Positions 62,979 to 64,000 of a DNA stretch of 64,000 nucleotides are shown one piece after another. The translations under genes were made by a program, and so were the position numbers. The notes beneath the pieces were generated by a model. That model was not told the DNA's origin. It saw only the letters and a list, made by a program, of their open reading frames with translations, and made no database searches. Source of the DNA: Paragordius varius (Eukaryota; Animalia; Nematomorpha); the NCBI GenBank assembly GCA_964247055.1, contig OZ176058.1, positions 2,728,001 to 2,792,000 on the forward strand, read 5' to 3'. The first letter of the stretch is position 1. Each line of letters starts with the position of its first letter.

Positions 62979-64000
62979 TTATTACAAAACATAAACAATC
63001 CGTTCATTACCATTACTACTATTTACAGTAAAAATTGAAATTATACGGACAAAACGTGAAAATATAAAGACAAATATTTTTTTTAAAAGACAACCCAATA
63101 CACTTTAAATTATAATGATAACTCATTGTTTCAAACTATAAATAGGAAATAAAGATGTAAATTGATAACACAAGCAAAAGCAATTTATGTATTATACGAT
63201 AATATTAAATGTTTTTATGGGTAAAATGAGGTTTAAAAAATTATCATTGTCTTTGAGAAAAAAATTGTCCTTTTATTTTGTTTTTGTCCGTATAATTTTA
63301 ATTCTACCATAACATTTTATGCTAGCTCATTGCGAAAATTTGGTAAAAACCTATTTTATTTTTTTTAAAAAAACACTTCTAATGTATTTAGGGTGAAGAA
63401 ACATTTTGAAGGCATATAATAACCTTTAAACAACTATATATTAAACTTCTAATTATTGATGTTCCTATACAAATATTCTGAATAAAACTTTACAAACTTT
63501 GGCAATTAACTTAATTATTAAAATAAATAGTAATTTATTTTTTTGGTAAATTTTTTACAATTTTATGTTCGAAGTCTACATCAACTTATTAATACCCATT
63601 TATTTTTCAAATACGGCTCCTGAAACGATTTGTGTTGGCCTCTTCTCTAAAAATTATCAAAGTGTTTCCGTACACTTTTATAAAGAAAAAATAAAAAGAG
63701 AATATATAATATACGCAATTAAACAGAAACCAAAAAATGTTTTAAAAAAAAATATTTTAAAATTATACTGTCGGTTCATTTGTGGGACCGGTTATATAAA
63801 AAAACCGTATGATATACAGTAAAAATTAAACAATACAGTCAAAATGTAAAAACACAAAAAATATTATTTTCGAAATATAACCCGTTGTAGATTGCAGATA
63901 AGGAAGAGAAATGTATATTGATAACACGTTAAATTAATTATATAATTTATTGTAAAATGTGTTTATGTAGATTAAAATCAAACTCATGAAGGTTTGATTG

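Larger units (their letters stand above)
55800..63950. repeat. Large tandem duplication: unit 1 ~55800-58920, unit 2 ~59415-63950
   Basis: Colinear anchors such as ccaatagatggg.gctgtattgtatttctg, tctgagatgtcgaactagaaagtaatacc, ataagcccaatgatatttcac, aacccattcgttg, tacggc.cctga; unit 2 carries extra inserts. Confidence 0.9.

Overview
Very AT-rich, intron-rich eukaryotic (invertebrate animal-like) genomic DNA with two convergent genes. On +, the 3' 19 exons of an M13 (neprilysin-family) zinc metallopeptidase (154-22919; 5' end lies outside the window). On -, a complete 15-exon glucose-6-phosphate isomerase (51505-28650, 577 aa). A young but crippled Ty3/gypsy (Mag-like) LTR retrotransposon sits antisense in a peptidase intron (9565-13850). 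Introns and intergenic DNA are packed with non-autonomous DNA elements: several TA|CAGT MITE families, a TA|CCATTTAC family with 21-bp subterminal repeats, TTAA|CACT elements, and two hAT elements with 8-bp TSDs. A ~3-4.5 kb tandem duplication occupies the last 8 kb. Two unexplained signals stand out. First, there are two minimal type I hammerhead ribozymes: one in the peptidase intron (4-51, +) and one exactly at the apex of a 253-bp foldback TA|CAGT element (62832-62874, -). Second, exon ends in both genes have been repeatedly amplified in tandem together with their splice sites, and several copies differ from the working exon almost only at synonymous positions. All alignments and folds were done by eye.
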